From a virus, in UHGV virus genome UHGV-1407733: a stretch of DNA of 26,153 nucleotides, one strand, 5' to 3'. Shown here in pieces: positions 1-8,100 of this stretch. Each line of letters begins with the position of its first letter. The stretch's first letter is position 1. The notes under the pieces were generated by a model. The model searched no databases and was not told where the DNA came from. It saw only the letters and a list, made by a program, of their open reading frames with translations. The translations under genes were made by a program, and so were the position numbers.

Positions 1-124
1 CCCAATCTCGTCCACGCTATTGCTTAGCCGTTGGGAGCGCTTCACCCGCCTCAACAGTAGGGTAAGCAACTTGCCAGTGACTAGCCTGGCTTCACCACAC
101 CCCAAAGCCTTCTGCTTGAATGCT

Positions 125-155
125 GCCCTTCTTCAGGGCTTAATTTTTAAGAGCG
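125..155 (-). promoter_or_regulatory. nutL-type N-utilisation site (boxA + boxB)
   Basis: Reverse strand reads CGCTCTTA (boxA) then GCCCTGAAGAAGGGC (boxB hairpin), the canonical lambda nutL arrangement, just downstream of the leftward promoter. Confidence 0.75.
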
Positions 156-194
156 TCACCTTCATGGTGGTCAGTGCGTCCTGTTGATGGCTAG

Positions 195-223
195 ATAATC
201 ACAAATTGTGTTCGTGCTGTCAA
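195..223 (-). promoter_or_regulatory. pL-like leftward early promoter
   Basis: Reverse-strand TTGACA (218-223) and GATTAT (195-200) separated by 17 nt, embedded in the left operator cluster. Confidence 0.5.
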
Positions 224-260
224 CACGAAAATGTGATTGTTTTTATCACAACACGTGTTT
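198..260. promoter_or_regulatory. OL operator cluster (three repressor sites)
   Basis: Three 15-16 bp near-palindromes of form ATCACA-N3/4-YGTGTT at about 198-213, 222-238 and 244-260; the same motif recurs three times in OR. Confidence 0.6.
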
Positions 261-295
261 TCATTGATTTTTAAGGTAATTTAATTTTCTTTGGG

Positions 296-322
296 CAACA
301 AAAACCCGCCGAAGCGGGTTTG
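296..322 (-). terminator. Rho-independent terminator downstream of the repressor gene
   Basis: Reverse-strand hairpin AAACCCGC-TTCG-GCGGGTTT followed by TTTTTG, about 23 nt past the repressor stop codon. Confidence 0.6.
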
Positions 323-344
323 ATGTTTTTAAGTGGCGGGTATA

Positions 345-983
345 TCAGGAGAATTTCATCATCATCTGCACTGCTACGCCGATTATCTTGCAGTTGCCGT
401 CGATTGGGATCAACGGATAGGCAGGGTTAAGCCCTTTCAGGTATTTGTTACCGCCATCAATGATTAGCTTCTTGAACGTGGCTTCATTAGCATCTGTCAG
501 CTTCGCAACTACCAGGCTTCCATTAACGCTTCCTTTCCAGTGTCGAACAGAACCAGCATACCCTCAGGAACGCTAAGGCCGGTAGGAGCTGTCATTGAGT
601 CGCCCTGAACCCTGAGCCAGAAGGCGTCACCGACAACGTGACAATCTGATTCATACCACTCATCCACTGCCTGAGGGTTGTACGGCTCTACGGCCTCACT
701 CCATGCACCTGCGCTAACCCAGCTAATCAACGGAAACTTTCCCCTGGCTTGTATTGTCCTGATAGTTGTCGCCAAAAAGCAGTTCTGCCGGAGCGACGCC
801 CAAAGCTTTAGCTATTACCTCTGCGTCATCAACACTAACGCTTCTGGTTCCTGATTCATAGTTGCCGATCCGAGATTGTGAAGCCCAGCCGCAAAGCTCC
901 GCCAGAGCCTTCTGTGAAAGCCCTTTATCTTCCCGTAATCGCTTGATACGCGCGGCGATAGTTTCTGTTCTGTTCATGCGCAT
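345..983 (-). CDS. cI: CI-type repressor (XRE HTH N-domain + LexA/S24 peptidase C-domain); frame interrupted twice
   Basis: N-terminal HTH (ORF 723..983) and C-terminal S24 domain with GDSM active-site motif (ORF 509..775). The true C-terminus (NGSLVVAKL...NGNCKIIGV) continues in a third frame to a stop at 345-347; this tail resembles P22 C2. Frame changes near 537 and 750. Confidence 0.85.
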
Positions 984-1087
984 TTTATATCACATTCCGT
1001 GGTTTAAGGCTTTACACGATTTGTGTTGACTATCAATCACAATATGTGTTTAATAAAGACTGAGTGAACTAGCTCTTAAGGAAACCT
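984..1087. promoter_or_regulatory. OR operator cluster with divergent pR / pRM
   Basis: Three ATCACA-N-TGTGTT type sites (about 987-1003, 1014-1028, 1035-1050). pR -35 TTGACT 1026-1031, 17-nt spacer, -10 TTTAAT 1049-1054, then RBS AAGGA before cro. The repressor ATG lies at the left edge, consistent with a near-leaderless pRM transcript. Confidence 0.7.
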
Positions 1088-1303
1088 ATGAACAACATTG
1101 CCAACGAACGGAAAAAGCTTGGCATCACTCAATCTGCGTTAGCAGGCGCGTGTGGCTGGAACCAGTCCCGCTTAGCTAACTACGAGTCAGGTATCCGGAC
1201 TCCAGATTTAGAGTCGTGCCGTCGCCTGGTAAAGGCGCTGAATAAATTGGGGAGCAAGACAACGCTAGATGGCTTGTTCCCGCCGGAACACAAAGCCGCT
1301 TAA
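1088..1303 (+). CDS. cro: Cro-like HTH repressor
   Basis: 71-aa ORF transcribed divergently from the repressor. Its HTH recognition region (GACGWNQSRLANYESG) closely parallels that of the repressor (ELCGWASQSRIGNYESG), as expected for proteins sharing operators. Confidence 0.8.
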   Translation: MNNIANERKKLGITQSALAGACGWNQSRLANYESGIRTPDLESCRRLVKALNKLGSKTTLDGLFPPEHKAA

Positions 1304-1312
1304 GACATTCCA

Positions 1313-1343
1313 GCTCTTACACATCCCAGCCCTGAAAAAGGGC
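1313..1343 (+). promoter_or_regulatory. nutR-type site (boxA + boxB)
   Basis: GCTCTTACA (boxA-like) followed by GCCCTGAAAAAGGGC at 1329-1343, the lambda nutR boxB sequence, between cro and cII. Confidence 0.8.
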
Positions 1344-1422
1344 ATCAAATTAAACCACACCTATGGTGTATGCATTTATTTGCATACATTCAATCAATTG
1401 TTATCTAAGGAAATACTTACAT

Positions 1423-1701
1423 ATGCAACTTACAAGTACTCGCAAGAAAGCGAATGCAATTACAAGCAACATCCTGAATCGAATTGCTGTACGTGGTCAG
1501 CGAAAGGTTGCCGACGCGTTAGGGATTAATGAATCGCAAATTTCGCGATGGAAAGACAGCTTCATCCCAAAAATGGGAATGCTTCTGGCTGTTCTTGAAT
1601 GGGGTGTTGAAGACGAGGAGTTGGCGGAACTGGCTAAGAAAGTAGCCAGAATGCTGACAAAAGAAAAAGCCCCGAAGAACGGCGAATTCTTCGAGGCCTG
1701 A
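1423..1701 (+). CDS. cII: CII transcriptional activator
   Basis: ATG at 1423 preceded by the lambda-like leader TAAGGAAATACTTACAT. Product contains the CII core (SQISRWK...IPK..MLLAVLEWGV). The track ORF 1363..1701 is an upstream extension of the same frame. Confidence 0.85.
   Translation: MQLTSTRKKANAITSNILNRIAVRGQRKVADALGINESQISRWKDSFIPKMGMLLAVLEWGVEDEELAELAKKVARMLTKEKAPKNGEFFEA
1659..1697 (-). terminator. OOP-like antisense terminator inside the cII 3' end
   Basis: Reverse-strand hairpin CGAAGAA-N7-TTCTTCG extended by flanking GC pairs and followed by TTTTTCTTTT. Orientation and position match the lambda oop terminator convergent on cII. Confidence 0.5.
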
Positions 1702-1735
1702 TGTAGAAAGACTGGATCAATCCACAGGAGTAATT

Positions 1736-1897
1736 ATGACAAAACGTCGTAAGAAATACCAGGAAAAAGAAGAGATTCGACACCCTGATTCACCTGAGGG
1801 ATTAGTGGTAGCCGCAGCAAATAACAGGGCGTTCGCAGAGCGCCTTGTTGGTGTTTACAGACTAGCCAAAGCAGGAGTGAAACATGGGCGTCGTTAA
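1736..1897 (+). CDS. Small basic hypothetical protein (53 aa)
   Basis: ATG 1736 preceded by AGGAG with good spacing; highly basic N-terminus (MTKRRKKYQEKEE). Below the ORF-track size cut-off; overlaps the O start by 14 nt. Confidence 0.3.
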   Translation: MTKRRKKYQEKEEIRHPDSPEGLVVAAANNRAFAERLVGVYRLAKAGVKHGRR

Positions 1898-2702
1898 GTT
1901 AGCTGATTACAGGCCTCAACTGGAGGTCGTGGAGCATCGCGTGGCAGATACCGAAGATGGTTTCATGCGCGTTGCTAACGAGATTACCGACAGTCTGCTG
2001 ATGGCTGATTTAACCGTCCGGCAGATGAAGGTGATGCTCGCTATCATGCGCAAGACATACGGATTCAATAAGCCGATGGATCGACTCACAAACACGCAGA
2101 TAGCAGCCATGACAGGTATTCATCACACTCATGTTTGCGCTGCCAAGCGCCAGCTTATTGAGCGTAAATTCCTCATTGCTGATGGCGTGAAATCGGAGTG
2201 AACAAGGTGGTTTCGCAGTGGATTAGCCAGGACAGCTTAACATTAGCTAAAACAGCTAATAAAACATTAGCCGAGTCGCTAATGGGTATAAGCCAAGTCA
2301 GCTAAACACAAAAGACAATATACAAAAGACAATAAATACAAATACCCCCTTACCCCCTAACGGGGGCGGCGATGGGCAGGTTAAACCTGAACGTCGCAAG
2401 GCAGAACGAATCGACTACGAATCCTTCCTGAACGCCTACAACACCGAAGTCGGTGACAGACTTCCACACGCTGTTGCGGTCAACGAAAAACGCAAACGCC
2501 GCCTGAAGAAAATCATCCCGCAACTGAAAACGCCAAACGTGGACGGTTTCAGAGCGTATGTCAGGGCGTTTGTGCATCAGGCCAAGCCGTTTTACTTCGG
2601 AGATAACGACACGGCTGGACGGCTGATTTTGATTACCTGCTGAGGGAAGATTCGTTAACGGGAGTTCGGGAAGGGAAGTTTGCAGACAGGGGGATTGCAT
2701 GA
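1884..2702 (+). CDS. O: O-type replication initiator; frame interrupted about three times
   Basis: N-terminal domain ([26 protein letters not shown]) matches the lambda O DNA-binding domain. Reading passes 0 to 2 near 2199, 2 to 0 near 2303, and 0 to 2 near 2615, ending [12 protein letters not shown]... with a stop at 2700-2702 overlapping the next ATG. Confidence 0.8.
2222..2306. repeat. Origin iterons (four inverted-repeat O-binding sites) inside O
   Basis: Four ATTAGC-N6/7-GCTAAT type inverted repeats starting at about 2222, 2242, 2266 and 2288 (period 20-24 bp), followed by an A/T-rich tract 2307-2345. This is the classic lambdoid ori architecture. Confidence 0.7.
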
Positions 2703-4075
2703 GACAGGATATCGAAGCGAGCGTTATCGGTGGCCTGCTGATTGGTGGATTAACACCAACTGCCAGTGACGTTCTGGCAACGCTTGAGCCGGAAGCGTTT
2801 TCAATTCCGCTCTACCGGAAAGCCTTCGAGGTTATCCGGAAGCAGGCGCGAAACAGAAACCTAATCGACGCGCTGATGGTTGCCGAGGCGTGCGGAGAGG
2901 AGCATTTCACGTCAATCCTGATGACCAGCAAAAACTGCCCGAGTGCCGCAAACCTGAAGGGATATGCCGGAATGGTCGCGGATAACTATCACCGCCGTCT
3001 GGTGCTGGAAATCATGGATGAAATGCGTGAACCAATTCAGAGCGGAACCATCGATACATCGAGTCAGGCGATGGACGAGCTTGTAAAGCGTCTTTCAGCC
3101 ATCAGAAAGCCCCGTGACGAGGTTAAACCTGTACGGTTAGGGGAAATCATCACTGACTACACTGACACGCTTGACAGGCGTCTGAGGAACGGAGAAGAGT
3201 CCGATACCCTGAAGACCGGAATCGAAGAACTTGACGCTATCACCGGAGGGATGAACGCGGAAGACCTGGTAATTATCGCCGCTCGTCCTGGTATGGGGAA
3301 AACCGAACTGGCGCTGAAGATTGCCGAAGGTGTTGCAAGCCGCGTTATTCCTGGTTCTGACGTCCGGAGCGGAGTATTGATTTTCTCAATGGAAATGAGC
3401 GCATTGCAGATTGCAGAGCGAAGCATTGCCAACGCCGGGAGGATGTCAGTTAGCGTGCTGCGAAATCCTGCATCGATGGATGACGAAGGCTGGGCGCGTG
3501 TTGCTAACGGCATGAGTCAGCTTGCAGATTTGGATGTGTGGGTAGTCGATGCCTCGCGGTTATCGGTCGAAGAAATTCGCTCAATCGCAGAACGGCACAA
3601 ACAGGAAAATCCAAACCTGTCACTCATCATGGTGGATTATCTTGGCCTGATTGAGAAGCCGAAAGCAGACCGCAACGACCTCGCAATTGCTCACATCTCC
3701 GGAAGCCTGAAGGCGATGGCGAAAGACCTGAAAACGCCTGTTATCTCCCTAAGTCAACTTTCGCGCGATGTTGAGAAGCGACCAAACAAACGCCCGACAA
3801 ACGCAGATTTGCGTGATTCAGGAAGCATTGAACAGGACGCAGACTCAATCATCATGCTCTATCGGGAAGCTGTATATGACGAGAACAGTAGCGCCGCGCC
3901 ATTTGCTGAAATCATCGTGACGAAAAACCGTTTTGGCTCGCTTGGTACGGTTTACCAGCGGTTCTGCAACGGACACTTTGTTGCATGTGACCAGGATGAA
4001 GCCAGACAGATTTGCACAGCATCAAATGCACCTGCTGCGCGTGGCAGACGATATGCACAAGGGGCTGACGTATGA
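2699..4075 (+). CDS. DnaB-family replicative helicase (P22 gene 12-type)
   Basis: 458-aa intact ORF with Walker [10 protein letters not shown], and MVDYLGLI and [35 protein letters not shown] motifs. ATGA overlap with the O stop. Confidence 0.9.
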   Translation: MRQDIEASVIGGLLIGGLTPTASDVLATLEPEAFSIPLYRKAFEVIRKQARNRNLIDALMVAEACGEEHFTSILMTSKNCPSAANLKGYAGMVADNYHRRLVLEIMDEMREPIQSGTIDTSSQAMDELVKRLSAIRKPRDEVKPVRLGEIITDYTDTLDRRLRNGEESDTLKTGIEELDAITGGMNAEDLVIIAARPGMGKTELALKIAEGVASRVIPGSDVRSGVLIFSMEMSALQIAERSIANAGRMSVSVLRNPASMDDEGWARVANGMSQLADLDVWVVDASRLSVEEIRSIAERHKQENPNLSLIMVDYLGLIEKPKADRNDLAIAHISGSLKAMAKDLKTPVISLSQLSRDVEKRPNKRPTNADLRDSGSIEQDADSIIMLYREAVYDENSSAAPFAEIIVTKNRFGSLGTVYQRFCNGHFVACDQDEARQICTASNAPAARGRRYAQGADV

Positions 4076-4101
4076 CCATCTACATCACTGAGCTAATAAC
4101 A

Positions 4102-4130
4102 GGGGCTATTTACACAGTAGCCCTTTTTTA
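4102..4130 (+). terminator. tR2-like rho-independent terminator
   Basis: Hairpin GGGCTA-N9-TAGCCC followed by TTTTTT, 27 nt after the helicase stop and before the nin region. Confidence 0.6.
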
Positions 4131-4156
4131 TTGGATTAAGAACGAGGGGGATCCTG

Positions 4157-4308
4157 ATGGACACCGTTAACGGAATGTGTTCAGACGCACCGCGTGCCAA
4201 AAAATGTAAATGCGGAAAATCACCGACAATATTCGACATGGAGAACGGGTGCCAATCTACTGCGCTAACCACGCCGCTGTGGCGGCCGCGAATTATCGCA
4301 GTGCGGTA
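4157..4308 (+). CDS. Small Cys-rich hypothetical protein; extent uncertain
   Basis: ATG 4157 gives MDTVNGMCSDAPRAKKCKCGKSP... An alternative frame downstream (RVPIYCANHAAVAAANYRSAVTEWNNL) also looks protein-like, so a frame change is possible. Below track cut-off. Confidence 0.2.
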
Positions 4309-4348
4309 ACGGAGTGGAATAACCTGAAATCTGTTAGAGAGGGAAGTC

Positions 4349-4789
4349 ATGAAAAAACTAACCTTTGAAATTCGATCTCCGGCACATCAGCAAAACGCTA
4401 TTCACGCAGTACAGCAAATCCTTCCAGACCCAACCAAACCAATCGTAGTAACCATTCAGGAACGCAACCGTAGCTTAGACCAAAACCGAAAGCTTTGGGC
4501 TTGCCTTGGTGACGTCTCTCGTCAGGTTGAATGGCATGGTCGCTGGCTGGATGCGGAAAGCTGGAAGTGCGTTTTTACAGCAGCATTAAAGCAGCAGGAC
4601 GTTGTTCCTAACCTTGCCGGGAATGGCTTTGTGGTAATAGGCCAGTCAACCAGCAGGATGCGTGTAAGCGAATTTGCGGAGCTATTAGAGCTTATACAGG
4701 CATTCGGTACAGAGCGTGGCGTTAAGTGGTCAGACGAAGCGCGACTGGCTCTGGAGTGGAAAGCGCGATGGGGAGATCGGGCTGCATGA
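4349..4789 (+). CDS. ninB: NinB recombination protein
   Basis: 146-aa intact ORF at the nin-region entry point, the size and position of lambda NinB; stop overlaps the next ATG (ATGA). Confidence 0.8.
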   Translation: MKKLTFEIRSPAHQQNAIHAVQQILPDPTKPIVVTIQERNRSLDQNRKLWACLGDVSRQVEWHGRWLDAESWKCVFTAALKQQDVVPNLAGNGFVVIGQSTSRMRVSEFAELLELIQAFGTERGVKWSDEARLALEWKARWGDRAA

Positions 4790-5313
4790 CTATCAATCAA
4801 ATACGCCAGCACACGACAAGGACTGCTGGCAAACGCCGCTTTGGCTTTTTGATGCACTGGATATTGAGTTTGGATTCTGGCTGGATTCGGCAGCGAGCGA
4901 CAAAAATGCTCTGTGCGCTCACTGGGCTAACTGAGGCCGACGACGCGCTCAATTCTGAGTGGGTAAGCCACGGTGCAATCTGGAATAACCCACCGTACAG
5001 CAATATCAGGCCGTGGGTGGAAAAAGCCGCTGAGCAGTGCATACAACAGCGACAGACGGTAGTGATGCTTGTGCCAGAGGATATGTCTGTCGGATGGTTC
5101 AGCAAGGCTCTGGAGAGTGTTGACGAAGTTCGTATTATCACTGATGGACGGATTAATTTTATCGAACCATCGACAGGGCTGGAGAAGAAGGGAAACAGCA
5201 AAGGCTCCATGCTGCTGATTTGGCGACCGTTCATCAGTCCTCGACGGATGTTTACTACCGTATCCAAAGCGGCATTGATAGCGATCGGGCAGGGAGTCAG
5301 GAGGGCAGCATGA
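4786..5313 (+). CDS. dam: Phage Dam-family N6-adenine DNA methyltransferase; frame interrupted (1-2 changes)
   Basis: NPPY catalytic motif ([11 protein letters not shown]) in ORF 4726..5313. The N-terminal Dam signature ([25 protein letters not shown]) lies in a different frame (ORF 4716..4934), so the frame changes near 4930 and possibly near 4795. Confidence 0.8.
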   Translation: MTINQIRQHTTRTAGKRRFGFLMHWILSLDSGWIRQRATKMLCALTGLTEADDALNSEWVSHGAIWNNPPYSNIRPWVEKAAEQCIQQRQTVVMLVPEDMSVGWFSKALESVDEVRIITDGRINFIEPSTGLEKKGNSKGSMLLIWRPFISPRRMFTTVSKAALIAIGQGVRRAA

Positions 5314-5486
5314 GACGACAGCGACGAAGTATCACCGACATAATCTGTGAAAACTGCAAATACCTTCCAACGAAACGCTCCAGAAATAAACGCAAGCCAA
5401 TCCCAAAAGAATCTGACGTAAAAACCTTCAATTACACGGCTCACCTGTGGGATATCCGGTGGCTAAGACATCGTGCGAGGAAATGA
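5310..5486 (+). CDS. nin-region small basic protein (NinE-like)
   Basis: 58-aa [23 protein letters not shown]... with RBS AGGAGG; ATGA overlaps at both ends. Assignment to NinE is from recall only. Confidence 0.5.
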   Translation: MRRQRRSITDIICENCKYLPTKRSRNKRKPIPKESDVKTFNYTAHLWDIRWLRHRARK

Positions 5487-5890
5487 CAATGCTTTTAATT
5501 CAACCTGGATTTGGCCTTAGCATCAAAAAAGGGCACATGTTTGGTGAGAAAGAGTCACAACGAAAAATGGTGTCTATCCGGTTGCCATTTATCAGTATTT
5601 ATTGGCTAAACAGGGAGGCAACAAATTATTGGTATACATGCGCCAGAGCAGCATTCAACGATCCTGAGTGGTTTATAGAAAATCATCACGCGGTTCGTCA
5701 GGCAAAGAGAAAAGCGAATACGACATATATGAAGGCATATCAGGATGCTTGGAAAGATCATCGTGACCGATGCCAGCAAGACATGGAAAAGCTTGAATCA
5801 GAAAACATGGAATTAAGACGAAAGCTCGGTGAAGCAAAACGAGACATTGATGCTTACAAGCGACTTTTTAATGGTGAAAGCCATGCTTAG
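5483..5890 (+). CDS. Hypothetical nin-region protein with C-terminal coiled coil
   Basis: ATG 5483 overlapping the upstream stop; 135-aa product with a predicted coiled coil ([29 protein letters not shown]). No family recognised. Confidence 0.5.
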   Translation: MTMLLIQPGFGLSIKKGHMFGEKESQRKMVSIRLPFISIYWLNREATNYWYTCARAAFNDPEWFIENHHAVRQAKRKANTTYMKAYQDAWKDHRDRCQQDMEKLESENMELRRKLGEAKRDIDAYKRLFNGESHA

Positions 5891-6058
5891 TCCATCCCAA
5901 TCCCTTCAATACCAGAAAGAAAGCGTCGAGCGAGCTTTAACGTGCGCTAACTGCGGTCAGAAGCTGCATGTGCTGGAAGTTCACGTGTGCTCCGATGCTG
6001 CGCAGAACTGATGAGCGATCCGAATAGCTCAATGTACGAGGAAGAAGACGATGAGTGA
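5883..6058 (+). CDS. ninF: NinF-like protein; frame interrupted once
   Basis: LTCANCGQKLHVLEVHVC matches lambda NinF; the conserved tail CAELMSDPNSSMYEEEDDE continues in another frame, implying a 1-nt change near 5990. Confidence 0.75.
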
Positions 6059-6263
6059 TTACCTGAAATGGTATCTCTGCCACCGCTGGCTAATTAAGTT
6101 TGCTGTAAAAGACTGGATGACAGCGGATGCCAACAAGCTTAAGCAAAGAAAAGACTATTACTACGCCAGAATGAAGGAAAACTACTGCTCAATTCGCACT
6201 CGCATATTTATTAAAAAAGACCTTCAGTCAATTCTTCAATTGCGAGGGAAGGTAAATGGCTAA
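6051..6263 (+). CDS. Hypothetical protein (70 aa)
   Basis: ORF with ATGA coupling to the upstream gene; no recognisable motif. Confidence 0.45.
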   Translation: MSDYLKWYLCHRWLIKFAVKDWMTADANKLKQRKDYYYARMKENYCSIRTRIFIKKDLQSILQLRGKVNG

Positions 6264-6545
6264 CCTACGCAAAGAAGCGCGCGGCAGAGAATGCCAGGTA
6301 CGTATTTACGGCATATGCAATGGCAATCCTGAAACTACAGTTCTGGCACATTACCGGATGGCTGGAATTTGCGGAACGGGAATGAAGCCTGACGACCTGA
6401 TCGGCGCATGGGCTTGTAGCGCGTGTCACGATGAAATCGACCGACGCACCCATAACCTCGACAACAAAGACGCCAGACTTACCACCTCGAAGGCGTGATC
6501 AGGACGCAGGCGATACTGCTGAAGGAGGGGAAGATTAAGTCATGA
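6256..6545 (+). CDS. DUF1364 / YbcO-like phage protein; frame interrupted once
   Basis: MANLRKEARGRECQVRI...CSACHDEIDRRTH matches the YbcO family. The conserved C-terminus HLEGVIRTQAILLKEGKIKS is in another frame, with a shift near 6480; stop overlaps the rusA ATG. Confidence 0.7.
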
Positions 6546-6904
6546 ACGAATATCAGTTTGTGCTTCCATACCCGCCGTCGGTGAACACCTACTGGCGAAG
6601 ACGGGGAAGCCAATACTACATCAGCGATAAAGGCCAGAAATACCGAAAAGACGTTCAGAAAATCATCCGCCAACTCAAGTTAGACATTTTCACCAAATCA
6701 CGACTCCGCATCAAAGTCATCGCAGACGTTCCAGACTCCCGCCGCCGCGACCTCGACAACATCCTGAAAGGTTTACTCGACTCCCTTATCCACGCCGGAT
6801 TTGCGGAAGACGACGAGCAATTCGATGACATTCGCGTAATTCGTGGTGTGAAAGTACCAGGCGGACGGCTTGGAATAAAAATCACCGAACTGGAGAACGT
6901 ATGA
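6542..6904 (+). CDS. rusA: RusA Holliday-junction resolvase
   Basis: 120-aa intact ORF with the RusA signature (YPPSVNTYWRRRG...DLDNILKGLLDSL). Confidence 0.9.
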   Translation: MNEYQFVLPYPPSVNTYWRRRGSQYYISDKGQKYRKDVQKIIRQLKLDIFTKSRLRIKVIADVPDSRRRDLDNILKGLLDSLIHAGFAEDDEQFDDIRVIRGVKVPGGRLGIKITELENV

Positions 6905-7057
6905 ACGCCACAATTCAAACGATACCAGAGCTTCTTATCCAGAACACGAGGCAATCAGACCGAAGTGGCAAGGATGCTTTCCTGCGCAAGAGGAACAGTG
7001 CTCAAGTACAACCGAGACAGCAAAGGCGAGCGTCACGTAATAGTTAACGGCGTCTGA
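6901..7057 (+). CDS. ninH: NinH-like protein; frame interrupted once
   Basis: MNATIQTIPELL then, after a shift near 6945, GNQTEVARMLSCARGTVLKY (HTH), as in lambda NinH. Confidence 0.65.
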
Positions 7058-7085
7058 TGGTCAAACAGGGCAAGAGGGGAAGACG

Positions 7086-7602
7086 ATGAGCATAAGAGAA
7101 CTAAACCTCACCAAGAACAGCACGATTGGCTGAATGGCTGGCTTGAACTGTGGGGCGCATGGTTTATTCAGGCCGCCTGGAAAAGCGCATGAGCAGCGTA
7201 ATAGCTAAGTTCATGGAGAGCGTAGAGCCGGGAAGAGTTATGACAAGGCCAATGTGTAATGATGATGATGGAATGTTGATTTCTCAGGTCGTCGATTCCG
7301 TCATGTACATTGACAAGAAAGCCTTTAGCATCCTCCTCAGCTACTACGCTCATGGTTCATCTAAGCGAGCAATTGCATCCTACTATCACGCGACTGCAAA
7401 GCCACGCAAGATGTGTGGACGTGGTGGCGAGGGATGGAGAAAACCTTCACTGGCAACCTGTAGAAACGAAATTGACGACATCCTGAAAGCGTCATTATTT
7501 GTTTTATACCAGCCGATGCAAAATGCTTTCAAAATGCGTAAACGTGTTGAGAAAGTTAAGCATGTTGCTGTTAAAAGCCTTGACATGCAATTAGCCATTT
7601 AG
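7086..7602 (+). CDS. Q: Late antiterminator Q, 82/P22 gene 23 family; frame interrupted twice
   Basis: WLELWGAW, RPMCNDDDGM and LLSYYAHG motifs typical of the Phage_antitermQ family. N-terminal 40 codons occupy two other frames, with shifts near 7115 and 7190. Confidence 0.75.
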
Positions 7603-7609
7603 CCATAAT
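7580..7609 (+). promoter_or_regulatory. pR'-like late promoter
   Basis: TTGACA (7580-7585), 18-nt spacer, CATAAT (7604-7609), overlapping the Q stop, where lambdoid late promoters sit. Confidence 0.55.
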
Positions 7610-7620
7610 TAGAAGGTAAG

Positions 7621-7660
7621 CTGCCGTTAGTGACTCTTAAGTTGCAACGGTGGCTTTTTT
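7621..7660 (+). terminator. tR'-like terminator of a short leader (6S-like) transcript
   Basis: GC-rich hairpin (CCGTT...AACGG with flanking pairs) followed by TTTTTT at 7655-7660, about 15-45 nt downstream of the pR' -10. Confidence 0.5.
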
Positions 7661-8100
7661 ATTTGCACAACAGGTAAGAGCATTGAACCCGCAGACCTCG
7701 CGGAATTGGTGAAAGGTGCCGCGCAGTGCTCTTATCGTTGTGGTGAATGCACAGGCTGATGTGTAAGGGCAAGAATCTTTCGCTGGATTCGGTGTGGCCA
7801 CGTAGCCCGCTGTAGGCAGTTGCAGCAAACCGGAGATCAGCACCGGTCGCCACAATCCAAACTGAGCCGTAGCCACTGGCTATCATGAATTCATCGGTGA
7901 TAGTTACGCTGCGGACTTCTACACATGACCTTCGTGAAAGCGGGTAGCAAGAGGTTGCGCTAACAACCTCCTGCCGTTTTGCTCGTGCATATCGGTCACG
8001 AACAAATCTGATTACTAAACACAGTAGCCTGGATTTGTTCTATCAGTAATCGACCTTATTCCTAATTAAATAGAGCAAATCCCCTTATTGGGGGTAAGAC

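Noticed and set aside
1-120. Start of an N-like antiterminator gene on the reverse strand at the left edge.
   Set aside because: No start codon in any reverse frame downstream of nutL within the window; as in lambda, the N start probably lies further left, beyond position 1.
1027-1039. Shared 11-13-mer TGACTATCAAT(CA) at the pR -35 (1027), the dam start (4787) and the Pant -35 (25731).
   Set aside because: Two copies are simply TTGACT -35 hexamers followed by similar spacer sequence and the third is coding (M-T-I-N). A few repeated 11-13-mers are expected by chance in 26 kb, so I do not treat it as a shared operator without binding data.
2199-2702. Programmed ribosomal frameshifting as an explanation for the frame changes (in O, TerS and elsewhere).
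   Set aside because: Apart from the TerS A7 run there are no slippery heptamers with downstream structures at the junctions, and the changes hit genes never known to use recoding; indel error or recent decay is the more economical explanation.
3157-3513. Antisense ORFs inside well-supported genes (e.g. 3157..3513, 4797..5444, 8976..9230, 14117..14641, 15938..16156, 16322..16612, 16923..17210, 23066..23563).
   Set aside because: Each lies opposite a gene with strong motif support and has no convincing RBS or recognisable protein features; these are expected by chance in 50 percent GC DNA.
4093-4350. Reverse-strand 85-aa track ORF between the helicase gene and ninB.
   Set aside because: It is antisense to the tR2-like terminator and the forward small ORFs, and has no RBS and a composition atypical for a protein.
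7660-8100. Possible tRNA or toxin cargo between pR'/tR' and the holin gene, where some lambdoid phages carry tRNAs or stx.
   Set aside because: No cloverleaf-compatible segment (no T-arm GTTC-type loop with a matching stem) and no ORF with an RBS; the region looks like a lambda-type late leader. The two reverse-strand track ORFs here (7637..7876, 7659..7886) lack start context.
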